A DNA stretch of 63,087 nt, counting the filler, from Octopus bimaculoides (lineage: Eukaryota), in NCBI RefSeq assembly GCF_001194135.2. It is 4 parts of 4 records of this genome, joined end to end, with 100 filler letters (N's around TTAATTAATTAA, not from the genome) between each part and the next. Parts side by side here need not be neighbours in the genome. Positions count along the whole stretch, not along the records: positions 1 to 29,692 come from NC_068993.1; 3 more parts are not named here. One strand, written 5' to 3'. A model generated the notes under the pieces. That model saw only the letters and a program-made list of their open reading frames with translations. It searched no databases and had not been told where the DNA came from. The translations under genes were made by a program, and so were the position numbers. Numbering within the stretch: the stretch's first letter is position 1; the number at the start of each line of letters is the position of its first letter. Shown piece after piece: positions 12,901 through 26,491 of this stretch.

Positions 12901-14119
12901 GAACTCTTCTACAGGCGGAGACTAATTCAGTACTCGGTGATCCACTCAGATGAAGCATTCAATGTTAGGGTAGAGATATCGGTTAACGATAAGGAATTTT
13001 TTCCAACATTGCGATGGATTCAAAAGGGGAGTTTGCAAAACCTCTGAGTCGCTCCAGTAGTTTCTGCATCGGGCAAAAGCATCTTAGAAGTTTATTTCAC
13101 CTTATTAACCACCCCATGTTTGTACATTATTGTGAACCGTGCAGACCGTCTACATATAATGATGCTTCCTTCGTTAACAGTGCAACAACTCATCAACTGA
13201 ACATGCTTTGTGGAAACTTCAGTGATGCTTCATTTGAATTTTCGGAATATATTGATGCAAAGAATTTTTCAGTTGTGGCATCCATTACCTTTACTCAAAG
13301 GAATTGGAAATTATCTATAGAAAGTGGGTCACGACTTTCGGATGAATTGAATTTTTATACTGCGGAAATTTTGCTAAGCAACACAATATTATCATTTTAC
13401 AAACTCTCTATATAAACGCGTATGATGTTGTATATTACGAGACGTAAATTGGTTAGGGAAACAAATCTATTGTTGGTATTGCAATAACACAGAATGAAAT
13501 ATATGCAGAGTGATATTGGATCAGGAAATCAAATCTATAAAGATAAACTACTGAATCTATAATCTGAAAGTAATATTGCCAATAATAATGATAATTCGAT
13601 CTCTTTTTCACTCATTTCAAGCTGAAACTCTCAGAAGTATTCTTCATTTAATATGACGTCCATTATACTAGATCTCTCTTGTAAAAGTTGTATGTATGTT
13701 ATTTTAACAAAATACTTGTTCTTTTACTATGTGTTCATGATAATGAAAATAGTTTTTTTCTTTTTAATTTCCTAAATTATTATATATTTACGAAATCATT
13801 TTCAACCAACTCTAAACATCAAAAATAAAAATGAAAACGTTTAAATTTATGTTATCGATTTAGATCGTTGTTAAACAAAAATATTTTGACAAAAATTAGA
13901 TCACTATTTTAAAGCGATACAAAATAGAGTTCTGTATGTCTACGTATAGTTTCGTTTTTTTTATTTTTACTTTAAGCAAAGGCCATGGATGGAAAGTCAG
14001 AAGCTATAATCTAAATGTAAGACAGACATCCGACTATATAAAATATGTGTATGCGTTTCTTCCAGTAACTCCTCTTATATATCAGCTCTGTCACGCTATT
14101 CCTGATCCACCACACATTT

Positions 14120-15200
14120 TGTACCCTGAAAATATACACTGAATAAGAGCAAACAGAATTTCTATCAATTTGTTTTTTACATATCGATTATTATCACACC
14201 GTGCCTTCTTTGTGGTATGTAAAACTTTTGTTTTCTCTGTGGTATGTAAAACATTTGTCTTTCCTATGTTTAATTCAAGACCATTCGATTCTAATCTGCG
14301 CTTCCGCTTTTAGCGTTGCTTAGCTAATTCTTCAAAAGATTACGTTTTAAGGGCCAGCTCATCAGCATACCATAGTTTCTTCAAAAAGTCAGTCTTAAGC
14401 TCCTCTGCCAAGAATAAAAAAAGCAAAGAGGAAGAGATTACGAAGAGGACACCCAACTGCATATAAGTTCATCGAGAAACTCGTTGCTAACCCTCATATT
14501 GCCAACAAAATCTCTGTAAATGACTTACATAAACGTATTTTACCTGGCATCCAATATACTACCAAGTTCGATTATGTGTTAAAGGTTTTCTCGACGTAAA
14601 CCAATGATAGATATAGAAGCTAACTCTTTGCTAAGAACTTTTACTTTAGTTGTCTCACGTGAAAGAGACCATCAGTGCAAGTGAAAGCGAATAAGCAAAC
14701 CCGAACGGATACAGAAACTCTCTTTCTGCTAACAGTCTATATTTTCATGAAATAATTCCAGTCTGAAACTTCTATAGTTACTCCTATCTCAACCACCTCC
14801 TTTGCAGCACCTGAACATACAGCTTCATCAGTCATCTGGTGTAGCCCCTACCTATACTACTGGACTGACTATACTTCTGCAAACGATTAACCGTCATTCT
14901 ACTTTCTAAAGTAAGTACTCATAGCATCTTGGCGAAACTTTTTCTGCTGACCAGAGAGAGATGTTCTCTGCTTTCACTTAATGGCTATTTCGACCGAGTA
15001 AGAATCAGTTTCAATAGCTGGACTCTTTGTTGGAAATCCATAGGGGTATTCTCCCCTATCTCCCTCCTCCACATATACATTTCACACAAGTATTCACACA
15101 CGTTTCAACTACGCCATTTTGATTTACACTGTCACATTGCTTTACAGACCGGAACTCATCATGCCCCATATCACAGATAATTGTCAAAATCACTTACCTA
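14120..15200 (-). mobile_element. RTE-clade LINE reverse transcriptase fragment, decayed
   Basis: Minus-strand motifs in the correct order: PTKSPAIETDSYSVEIAIK; GATPDD**..CKGGG*DRSNYRS; TDGLFHVRQLK*KFLAKS*LLYLSLVYVEKTF; KLWYADELAL (YADD); LESNGLELNIGKT; SICKKQIDRNSVC. Confidence 0.8.
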
Positions 15201-15253
15201 CCGCTTCTCTCTTCTGAAGCGCAATGGTGTCTCCCAACTTGATGATGTCGATC

Positions 15254-15339
<86 letters not shown>

Positions 15340-16315
15340 CCTTTATCTCTCTTCCACTCTCCCTCTCTCTCTCTCCGTCTCTCTCTCCCTCTCTCTCTCC
15401 CTCTCTCTCTCTCCCTCTCTCTCTCTGTTCGCTTTCATGGTTCTACCTACCGTGTCATTCACTGCTAAGTAACCTTCCTTCTATTTGTAAATTTGCTTCC
15501 TTATGAGGTACACGTATAAGCATACATACCCATTCATGTGAATATGTATCTATTTCGACGTGTATATACATAAATACAACTGTGTGTGCGCGCGGAGCAT
15601 GTAAAAGGTTTTTATCTGCGTGTATGTGCATGAATGTATTTGTGTGCAGTCTACGAATGTTTTATGTACAGACACAAATGTATATAGGTAGTATGTGTGT
15701 CTGTGTATATATGTACATATATAAATGTGAACAGATACCACTAGGCGTTTCTTCTACCGTTCACTACTTCACACCTCTCTCTCGTTTTTATATTTTTACA
15801 TAACTCCAGTGTCACTGATTTAGGGTGGTCAATATTATCAACAACAATGCAATTGACCTCAGGAGGTTTCTACATGAAACATCGATCTTGAGTGGTTTGA
15901 GCTGAAATCATAAGGAGACAGGAATAAATACTGATTCTGCCATCTGCTGTATTTCTCCTTATATGGAGATATTTATTTAAAGTTACAAACCTAAGGAAAT
16001 GGTACAGAGAAACTTGAAATGCTAGAAAAAGCTGTCATATGCCACGCAAAACTATATCATAAAAAAAATGCATTAAGCAATGTGAGCACTGATATAATGG
16101 TCGGTAAGATTATTATTTTTTTGTTTTTGTTTCTTTCCAATGTTTCTTGGATTGATACGAAAAATATTTTCACCATAGTGTTTTATTTTTATTTCATTTT
16201 ATTTTACTGTTTTTTTATTAATTTACTTACTTTTTGTTGCACTATTCTTCCACTGCAGCTTTACTTTATCGATTTTGAAATTTGAATAAACGTTGCCACT
16301 TTTCAGGCAGATGAT

Positions 16316-17030
16316 TGTGGAGTTCTAAGTAGAAAAAAAAATGAGCATTTTTTGACACCTGCTTTCAATGAAAGTTCCAAAGCAAAAACAGCTGCTTGAG
16401 ACATTTGTGTTGTATGCAGATAAGGCGCTATTGTTGAAAGAACTGCACAGAAATGATGTTCACGATTCACGGAAGTTAAATTCCGACTTCCCAAGCGTTT
16501 TCGCGTTCTGGCTGACCTGTTCAGTTGAGTGAGGAACGATTGAACGAGTTCATCCACGAGATCTGCGCAGCAGATGAGATGTTCTCACGATATCACCATT
16601 CATCATATCCACTTGATAGGTCCTAAAACTCGGTGTTGGTGTGCCACACGCTTTGAACGAAAAAGACAAACTACAGTGCTCCTTTATCGCCGCTGGTTTA
16701 CTCACTCGACACCGGGCTACTAGTGAACACCAGCGATGAAACTGGGGTCTTTCCGTCAATATAAAACATAGGAAAGAACTGTTGAGTCCCAGCAAGCAAG
16801 CAAGCAAGACCTCGAGCCAAACCAGAGCTGCATCCACCACTCAAGACAATGATTTGCATTTGGTGAAATTTGGAAGGGCTAATCCAGTACAAAATTATTG
16901 AAAACAAAACACATGCTCAATGCAGAGATTTACGTTCAACAAATGCACCGACTCAGCAAAGCAAGTCAGCTGAAACGATCCGACCACTGACACGGCGTGC
17001 TTCTTTAAGCTACAACTCCTGCGTTAAAAA
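16316..17030 (+). pseudogene. mariner (DD34D-type) transposase pseudogene, missed by the ORF track
   Basis: Plus-strand hand translation: NEHF..AFNESSKAKTAA*DICVV..GAIVERTAQK*CSRF; SRSG*PVQLSEERLNEFIHE; KLGVGVPHALNEKDKLQ (WVPHxL motif); RAKPELHPPLKTMICIW*NLEGLIQY; LNAEIYVQQMHRL. Confidence 0.85.
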
Positions 17031-17384
17031 TGCCGTAATGCCGTATTAGACCGTATTTTCCTGAAGTAGTACCTTCAGCTTGTATCTTTTTCTATCACTC
17101 TCCATTTATCTGTAAGGCTTTTCATTCAACTACGATGTGGAGCAATAAACGTAGCTTGATGAATTCTTTGAATCACGACCCAGTAATTTCTGCTACCAAG
17201 GCTTTGATGCAGTGAACAATGAAGGGGAATATATTATTGATTGATTTATTAAAATTGTCAATGAAAAATTAAAGCAGTGAATTTATCTGACAACTGAATT
17301 CTAAACAGACGGAATGGTGATGACAAGAACTTCTTTATTTTTAGGTCTCGTCGTTCAGTGGTTAACTTTGGGCAATACAAAGAC

Positions 17385-17432
17385 ATGAATACAATGACAT
17401 GAATACAATGACATCAATACAATGACATCAAT
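17385..17432. repeat. 14-bp tandem repeat (gacat[g/c]aatacaat), about 3.5 copies
   Basis: Directly visible. Confidence 0.85.
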
Positions 17433-17699
17433 AATAGCGCCACACTAGCACCTTTTTTTTGTCATGAGAGATAGCAGTAGATATGACCGTTTACATGGCT
17501 TCTGAGATGGATGGAGGGGAGGTACGCTGAAACTGTAGAACTCACCCGAATGTTTGCAATAGAATGGGTCCCGCAGGATGATGAATAAAGTCTCCCGAAT
17601 AAGTAGGCTGTTATAGGATTTGAACTCAATGTGCAAAGAGCCGGAGAAGTACCACAACTGATCCACTCAGATGTTCTTATATTTGCGCCAATTTATCGC

Positions 17700-17830
17700 C
17701 TTGAATCGGTACTGCTTAATCAAATCCAGAAAGATGAAAACCAGACTTGACTTCAGCCGGATTTGAACTCAGTGCACAGTGGGTCGGGATTGTGAGACAT
17801 TCTATCCGACGTTCCAGTGAGTACCAAACC
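17700..17830 (-). mobile_element. Degenerate SINE S1
   Basis: gatgaaaaccagacttgacttcagccggatttgaactcag is the reverse complement of the S1 B-box/core. Confidence 0.55.
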
Positions 17831-18415
17831 ATCGCTTAGTATATTATATTTTTATGGAGCCCAAAGGGAAAAAAAGGCTTAGCCGGATTCGAACATAAAA
17901 TGTTATATTATAAGAAATGTAAAGTGTAATTAAATAATAGAAGGTAAATTATTGATTTATGCATTATTTGTAAGAATGTCGAGTAGTGATCGTGTTAAAA
18001 TGGTAAACATTAATGAAGAAATATAGAAGTGTGCCATGAAAGAACATTAACTACGCTTGCACAGGTAAGGTGAATAAAGAAGAGAGAATCGTACACAATG
18101 GACGTCTACTGTTTCTTCTGCTGATACTGCTGCTGCTGCTGCTTTTAGGTCTTAGCATGAGGCATTGAGAGAACGGCAACGCACTTGCTCTACCTGCTAG
18201 AAATAGAAGCCAAATTGCTCTCAAACCCTACCATTTTAGGATCGAGTTCAGAAATGAAGTAACGTCACTCTGGAAAGGATAGACTATATTAGATAATGTA
18301 GTTTAGACACCGCTACAACAATATGAAAGTCACAGATGTAAAAAATAAAGATGACCTTAAGCTCAAGAACAACAGCGGATCTCTGTTGGAATATTTGTAT
18401 GAGCATTATGTTCTC

Positions 18416-18524
<109 letters not shown>

Positions 18525-19089
18525 TGTGTTCATTATGATTTCTTATTCCTGACTCGTAATACTACAGAGTTTCGCAGGTGGCAGTCATAGTATCCATAGC
18601 GAGTGTAGAGTTATCATATTTTATGCAGATAAGGTTTAAAAGTGAACTGAAAACAATTATGCGTTGGGGGGAAAAAAACATTTTACTCCTTGGCTAATAT
18701 TATTTTAATTAATTCTGCAAGTAAGAGAGACAAGAGTAGACATGTGAACTGTGAACTTTTAACACAATAATCGAAATGAGGATGGAAGAACCATTAAGAT
18801 AATGTACAGAAAATGGAAGACTGCAGATCCACGAAACGCGCGAAAATCAATAGTTAAAATATAGAGATTAATCTACGGTTTCACAACGGTGTCTATACAC
18901 TGAGGCTAAAATACGTGTTTACTGAAAACACACACAGTTTATGTTATTTTTCATGCAGGGGCAACCGAGGTGCGTCCCACATTGCTGTGCCAAAAACGTT
19001 TGCCCTTCATTATCTTTCGTAGAAACTCAATTTTATGTAATTTGTCCCTACCAATAATAAAATGTTAGGTTACAGGACTATCTAAAATG

Positions 19090-19800
19090 TAACATCTGAC
19101 TAGACCTGTTGTTAAGCAATATCCAATGAAACCTATACTGCACTGAGAAACAATATTAGAGATGGGTGAAATGTGTCCATAAATTTTGTTTGGTCTTCTG
19201 ATTCGGCAATGAGTTGTCTTGAGTCCTCATGAGTAGCCTGTTGTCTCTGAAGGGGATTCTTTTGCACCTTCTTCATAGCTCAGGTTTTAGTTCCATTGAG
19301 GAATACTCTGTAAAATGTAGAAGTCCAGGCTAGTTGCCTTTTGAAATACTTGATCGACCGATGATTAGAAGCGTCTTACCGACAGTTCAGGTTAGTCTCA
19401 AGGAACTATTCCTTATCATCAGAAACTTAGCACTGAAGGTACTTGAAATCATTGCCCTCATTGAGTTGTGCGCTATCGTTGGAACAAATTGGCGGATGGC
19501 TTTCGTCTTCATTGATGCTCATGTAGGTAATATTTTTATATTGAGAAACAAAATGACTTTGGTTGTATCAATCTCAAGGGAGATCTACAAATATTGCTAC
19601 GTCGTGAGGGCAGGATAATCAGAATTGTGAAAGTCAAAGAGATGCACACTCCACCGACATCTTGAACACTTCTGCTTGAATAAAGTCAAATATTTACCTA
19701 AGGATGTCGTCCATTGCGGTCACAAAGGAAAAAGCGAGAGTGTATTCCTGAAGTATTGCTATTGTTGTTAGAAACTATTTTGCTTGACTATCTTTGATTG
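19090..19800 (-). mobile_element. Non-LTR (RTE-like) reverse transcriptase fragment, highly decayed
   Basis: TIAILQEYTLAFSFVTAMDDILR (QGDTLAP.LF region); YMSINED...NDFKYLQC (FKYLG); LNGTKT*AMKK (YGSETW). Confidence 0.6.
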
Positions 19801-21264
19801 GCACAAAGCTTGATAGTGATGTATTTGACAATCTCATCTGGAATATCATGTGTCAATAGGATATGTAATAAGGCCTTTCTGTTGACGCTATCACATTTCT
19901 AGTTAATATTAACATATTTAATACCGGAAGGATTGACAAGCTAACTTGAAGTATTTGTGCAGTGAGAATTATACAAAACCGATCGAGATTATCATACGGA
20001 TCTCAATAAAATACTAATATTTCCTTGCCAGTTTTTTTTTTACCACACCTTAGTGAATGTCAACAAGCATTTTCTTTCTACAAATACCTAGTATTTAAAA
20101 GGAATCTGTATACACAGAACACATTTTCTCAATATATAACAATATCCAGCCCTTTATATCGTTATTCCTGCGCATTCCCATTTCGTATTGTATGCGAACA
20201 TTGACCCCTTTAACTTCCACATGAATGCTTGTATTTATACATATATATATACAAGGTGGAACATTCTTTTAAAACAGCACTTCAACACCGTGTAATATAC
20301 ACGTCACACCAATATACAATATCAATTACTGTGTATACTATATGCAATTTTATACATTACTATTCTATATACTTTTCTTGCTTGCTGTGTTTATATCACT
20401 TAGAATCACTGTCTTTATATTATTCTGAGCTATTTCTGTTGTATGTATCCTTCAGTAATATCATTAATCCTTAACCTACTATATAAATTACAGGTGAGCA
20501 AAAACTAATCTTGAAATAAACAATTTCATATACGCAGCAAATAAAATTTATTCGTTCTCTTCTCTTTGCTAAAACCCAACATTATTTACAACAGAGAAAT
20601 ATATTAGACATTATACAGATGGCATCGCTAAGTTATTCTTTCACTTTTCGATGCTTTTCTTTAAAGTATCGTTCATTTATTTGTTTTCTTTCTTTATTCA
20701 ATCGTTTATCTGGTGTCGCTGTTTTTAATATCTTCGTAGTAATGGCGCTAGATTGATTTCAATTATTTTTTTCTAAATGGACGCAACATCTCACACAATT
20801 ATTAATATCACTGGGGCCTACTGGATAATTAACTGCCGGTGAACGAAACGCCATCAACTATGTAGTGATATCAGCAAAGCTTAGAGCGATGATAATTTAC
20901 TCTACGGCATTTATTATATAGAGCTCGATGTAAGTAGAGTTACTCACAAAATCATTAGCTTCTTTCTGACGTCAAATAATAACTTGCATATGTTAGAAAA
21001 GACAGAGGAAGTTGGACATCCACGTTTTCTCAACCCAGCGGCTTTCTAAAGTAAGCGAATTGATTCGAACATATTATCGAAATCGTGTCCGAGAGATAAA
21101 TTCTTGGTCTACGGCGCTAATCTGCTCAGGGATTTTCGGCAAAACATAACTCCTCATCTCAACGCTTCTATAAGCATAACTCCTCATACATCAAGATAGA
21201 TGAAGAATGAAACTTTGCAACAATCTTATCATTTCCAAGGATATTATTGCAGGTACCGGGAAGG

Positions 21265-21575
21265 AACATGGCTCAATAGTTACAGCGCTGGCTCATAATC
21301 ATGAGGTAGTGAGTTCGACTCCCGCACCAGGCTGTTGTGTTCTTGAGCAAGGCACTTTATTTCACGTTACTCCAGTTCACTCAGATTACGACGTCACTGG
21401 TACCAAGCTGTATCGGCTTTTGCCTTTCCCTTGGATTACATCAGTGATGTGAAGAGAGGGGAGGCTGGTATGCATTGGTGACTGCTGGTCTTTCATAAAC
21501 AACCTTGCCCAGACTTCTGCCTCGGAAAGTAACTTTCTAGGTGCAATCTCATTCATAACCGAAGTGGATGCTCTC
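21265..21575 (+). mobile_element. tRNA-derived SINE, family S2 (CORE-like body, tentative)
   Basis: A-box-like tggctcaatagtta, B-box gagttcgactccc, body tgtgttcttgagcaaggcacttta...tgtatcggcttttgcctttcccttggat. Colinear with 25430-25760. Confidence 0.85.
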
Positions 21576-22301
21576 GTTGCAGGTATCACTGAATTTGAAT
21601 TAACTTTCTGCCGTCAATGGAAATTATGTAGAGAAAAAGTAGGTTATCCTGCGCCATATACACAGAGGAAAAGATATTGTAAGTTGTGTGTTGTACGACC
21701 ACTTCCCTTTTACCGAATTAATGAAGTGCTACGATTATACAGTCTTCTAAGTTTCGAACTATAACTGTCAAAAAAAAAAAAAAAGAGATCATTCTGAAGA
21801 ACACACTAACTACTAAATGAAATCAATACAGGTTCTTTATCAATAAACAGCGTGAATTTAACTAAAAATTCTAGCCTCCCAACAGGGTAATGATATCGAG
21901 ACTTGTTACATTACAAGATTCACATTTTATATAACATTACTTTTTTCCTTTCGTGTTTTTTTTTCTTTTTGTTTGTGTAATCTTGACTAGATTTTAATAC
22001 ATTTTATGTCAATAATTCTGTTCTTAAGTTCCAACCGAAAACTGCCAACTGTATTCCAGTGTCGCTTACCTGTCATGTGACACGACCTTGCAATGATTTT
22101 TAATTCTGTTTACAACATTTTCTTCTATCGTACGCAGTCCTCCCCCCATCCATCGCTGTCTTTCTCATTTCTCTTCCTTCCATTTTTCTCTTTCTTAGTT
22201 TTTGACTCTTCTACGTTTTCTCTTCTATTTCCTCGAATTTACCACATACTTAACCGTTGTTCAAATTACAGTTCAAGAAACTAGCCGCTAAACTAAAGAT
22301 G

Positions 22302-22386
<85 letters not shown>

Positions 22387-22711
22387 TTCTATTCCTCTCT
22401 CTCCCTCTCTCCTAAGCAGTTAGTTTTCGCAGAGACATAAACCAAGAAATAAATTGTTTAAGACCTGGATGTGTTTTTATACGTAATTCTATTTCGTTGA
22501 TATGCAGGGGGGAGAGAAAGTTAAGAGGAAATTGTCTCAACTGTAGAATATTTTGCTATGAATTAACTAGAATCATGTTAGTTAAAGAAATCAATTTTGA
22601 TTTATTTACGAGCCTGGAGGAAAGAAGCCCAAGGTTATCAATGAATCGTTTCTTCAGTATACATCAATGTAAAGATATACGTATCAACGTACATACAGAC
22701 ACACACAACTG

Positions 22712-22750
<39 letters not shown>

Positions 22751-22760
22751 NNNNNNNNNN

Positions 22761-22803
<43 letters not shown>

Positions 22804-22957
22804 GCCAATATATATTGTATATTACATAAACTTGTGTATATGTATATATAAATTTATATATATATGTATATATATTATATTATATTATATCATACTATAT
22901 ACACTTATATATATATGTGCGTGAGTGTGTGTATATAAGTTTATATATATGTGTAAA

Positions 22958-23000
<43 letters not shown>

Positions 23001-23084
23001 ATGCTGCTTTTTTGGTTCAATTACAATTAAAACAATTTAACATTTATTTGATGGCCCACTCTATACTTTTGTAGGGGATAAAAC

Positions 23085-24160
23085 TATTATTCTTAAACAA
23101 GAATATTGTTGACAGTAATTTCAAAGTTTCGACCAGCTAAGCCATCATTGGACTGCGATGAATAGTTAGTCTCTGTTGAGTTAAAACAATCTTTGCGTGT
23201 GTGGACTTGAGTGAGGTGATAATTAGTTTTTTTTTATCGTTGGTAGCTATGGAAATGGTGTTTTGGCAAAGTTTTATTTGATTAAATTCAGGGTTATCTT
23301 TTTGTTTAGAATTTAGTAATACATGTAAGATTTTGTAAATAAGCCTGTAGGTATTTCTCTTTTGTTGGGTAGGCAGAAGGTGTGACAGTACCTTTTTTTT
23401 TTACTCTTGTCTTTATTGCTTTCAATCTTTTGCTTTAGCAATATAAAGGACAAAGGTACAAAGTCTATTACTTTAGTCTTTAGTAATTGGTTGTGTCAAT
23501 ATTTCTTTCACAAAAGAATGTAGAAAGGAGGTAAGTTTAAGCTGGTCATTTATTTACTTGTTATTTAGGGTAGTTCTTGTTTCCATTTGTAAGTTTGCGG
23601 TTATTAGACAGCCATGCTATTGTTTTGTTAGTTTAAAAAGTTGTTTCTCTTATGCTTTGATGTTCAGAAAAGTATTTTGTGTAAGGGTTGTATGCTTATG
23701 TTTCTCTTAAGCATTGTTCTATAAGCAATTTGATTAGTATATAGGAATTTTAACCTTCCTGTTTTGTTTAGGTAGAGTTTATTTGGTGTTTGTTTATAAA
23801 ATTTCTTCAAATTCTTTTATAATTACATGTTAATGAGAAACTGATATAGAAGATATGTATATATTCATGTGTAAAAATGCTAACAAAATTATAATATGAT
23901 TTAATTTAAAAGATAAAGGAAAGCTTTCTTTCGGTTTGCTTGCATACAAGTATGCATTTTATGTGCTTGTATGTAGGTGTGCATAGTTATATTAGAAACG
24001 TTTTTTGTTGGGATTTTAATTGGAGATAGGGAGACTTTTAGATATCAAGAGTATTTATTTAGTGTAAATAAATGTAAAGCTATAAGAGTTTATGGTGTAT
24101 GGGGATGGATGGGAGTTGGCGAGATTTTAACAAATTTATCCGTTAGAAAAGATTATTGAT
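23085..24160 (-). mobile_element. Penelope-like element relic with 3' pLTR
   Basis: T-rich plus strand with weak minus-strand remnants (LKVSLSP..TKNVSNIT; SNRLCT). It ends in a pLTR-type tail carrying an HHR motif plus the aatattcttgtttaagaataa sequence shared with 37290-37360. Confidence 0.55.
23113..23155 (-). ncRNA. Decayed type I hammerhead motif in a Penelope pLTR (family H3)
   Basis: Minus strand: CAGT [CCAATGA] t GGC ttagctg GTC [GAAA] C tttgaa AT [T] ACTG. Stem I is a perfect 4 bp; the core is mutated in this copy. Confidence 0.55.
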
Positions 24161-24300
24161 TTGAAATGGTTTGATGTTTTTTTCAAATTTTGTGCATGCA
24201 TGAAGAGACTAGTTCGGAATTTGTTTCTGGATTTGGTCCATGAATGTTAGAATGTGGTAGGATTCACTTGTACAAGAGTTTGTCCTGTGGGATACACACA

Positions 24301-24410
<110 letters not shown>

Positions 24411-24497
24411 GTTAAAAAAAACAATAACAAAAAAACAACAAAGTGAGGACGTGATATGGATAGTATTATTGGACGCTCAGGAAAGGAAAGAGAGAGT

Positions 24498-24532
24498 GTA
24501 TGACGTTTCGGGCGTAGCCCTTCGTCGGAAAG
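24498..24532 (-). ncRNA. Minimal type I hammerhead motif, C3:G8, stem III ACGT (family H2)
   Basis: Minus strand: cttt [CCGACGA] a GGGC tac GCCC [GAAA] C GT [C] a. Stem II is perfect; U4 is changed to C and stem I is degenerate. Sister copy at 39078-39114. Confidence 0.6.
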
Positions 24533-25139
24533 ATGGAAAGTTCGGAGAATGGAAGAACGGATGTATCTATCTACGCATATATTTGTATGTATGTGTGTGT
24601 GTGTGTGCGCGCGCGCATGCATACACACACAATCTCAAACAGTCATATATATTAGCAGGGTTACCATAATATTTAAATGAATAAACGACAATCTAATAAA
24701 CGACAATCTAATAAAAAGGCTGCAGCTACAAGATTTGAACTCTAAACTTCCGAATTGTATCTTTGATTAATGGTGTACTTATGTATGTAAACCAATTACT
24801 GCTGTGTCTTATACAACCCAAATGTTAAAATGAATATGAAAAATACGACAAAAATGACATTGATAAATGGCCAAACGACGATATTTCAGGAGCTTTAATT
24901 TAATATTTACACATAAACATGTATAGAGATACGAACATATGTATATTCGAAATATTCATAAGTTGAAATATATAGTTTGACACATGCAATGGCATATACA
25001 CTTGCACATTGCATACAAACATGCACGGATATGTTAATGGTTGCTTATATACTTCTGTAGAGGACATACACACAAACCTATAAATTCATACATGCATACA
25101 TAAACTTACAAACATACATAAATTACATACATATATATT

Positions 25140-25320
25140 CGTACATATATAGATGTATGCATATAAAAATATGTGTATACATACATATATATTCGTNNNN
25201 NNNNNNTGTATGCATATAAAAATATGTGTATACATACATATATATTCGTACATATATAGATGTATGCATATAAAAATATGTGTATACATACATATATATT
25301 CGTACATGTATAGATGTATG
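25140..25320. repeat. ~54-bp minisatellite, about 3 copies, spanning a 10-N gap
   Basis: gatgtatgcatataaaaatatgtgtatacatacatatatattcgtacatatata repeated; may be partly an assembly overlap. Confidence 0.75.
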
Positions 25321-25429
25321 CATACATACATGTATACAAACATGTAAAACGTTATTATACACAGGCATACGGATCGTCATATGCCTCCAGTCATTAAATA
25401 TTGTGCAGCAATATACATTTCATTAGGCA

Positions 25430-25760
25430 TGATGGCACATGGCTCAGTAGTTAGAGTATCGGCCGCACAATCATGAGGTAGCGAGATCGATTCCCGGACC
25501 AGGCTGTTTGTTATGTTCTTAAGCAAGGCACTTTATTTATCGCTGCTCCTGTTCATTCGGCTGTAGAAATGATTTGCAATGTCACTGTATCGGCTTTTGC
25601 CTTTCCCTTGGATAACATGAGTGATCTGAGGAGGTGAAGCTGATATACATGGGCGACTGCTGGTTTTCCATAAACAATCTTGCTCGGATTTGTGCCTCGG
25701 TGGGGTTGGGTACTTTCTAGGTGCAATTCCGTGGTCATTCATGACCGAAAGAAGTCTTTA
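25430..25760 (+). mobile_element. SINE family S2
   Basis: atggctcagtagttagag...gatcgattccc...aagcaaggcactttattt...tgtatcggcttttgcctttcccttggat...actttctaggtgcaat, colinear with 21265-21575. Confidence 0.85.
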
Positions 25761-26034
25761 CCATTATTAATGCATGATTGTATAAATACATATGTACATA
25801 CATGCATATATATACACACGCATCCATACGAGCTTATATATATACATACATACATGACTCCGCTGAAGATGTTTAAATTTCTAGGCGAGAAATTGACGCT
25901 TTTTCCATCGATCATAAATTCGAAAACAAATTAACTTAGAAAATTTAACATACATACTTGCATGAGCACACGCACACATAGATGCACACGTACAAACATA
26001 CATACACGCATGCATCAACACACGCAAATATACC

Positions 26035-26066
<32 letters not shown>

Positions 26067-26071
26067 AAGAC

Positions 26072-26350
26072 GTTAAAATCGGTTGTCCAGCGCATATCAG
26101 CAATGTAAAAAATATGAGTAAAAATGAGAACATGTACGCTGAACTTATGAGAACCGACAGGCGCACCTTCCAGATTATAACTTTTAAATTTTTACCAATA
26201 ATTATTAGAGTACTTAGCTACGTGATTAAGTGCGTCAGCACCAAACATGAGAAAGTAGATACACAGAACCAAAAGCAACTCACCTACTCAGAAAAGTCGG
26301 CTACAAGGTGTATTCATGAAGTTTCAGCGAATATGAAGCACATACGCAAT
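26072..26350 (+). mobile_element. R4/Dong-like LINE C-terminal fragment, diverged
   Basis: VKIGCPAH...ENMYAELMR...FKFLPIIIRVLSYVIKC aligns with YKFRFIPVIIEAIGYVTHC encoded at 54858-55056 (-). Confidence 0.6.
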
Positions 26351-26443
26351 GCCATCTATACGTACACCTAGACATGTTCACATTTTAAATGTGCGTATAC
26401 ATGCATACACACACATACAAATACACACACACACACACACACA

Positions 26444-26491
<48 letters not shown>

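Noticed and set aside
13014-13415. 133-aa ORF
   Set aside because: No recognisable motif or splice context; it starts right after an in-frame stop. Length is within chance for this window.
14808-14915. Apparent exon (ttgcag ... gtaagt)
   Set aside because: It lies antisense within the RTE LINE remnant, and all three frames contain a stop before the donor.
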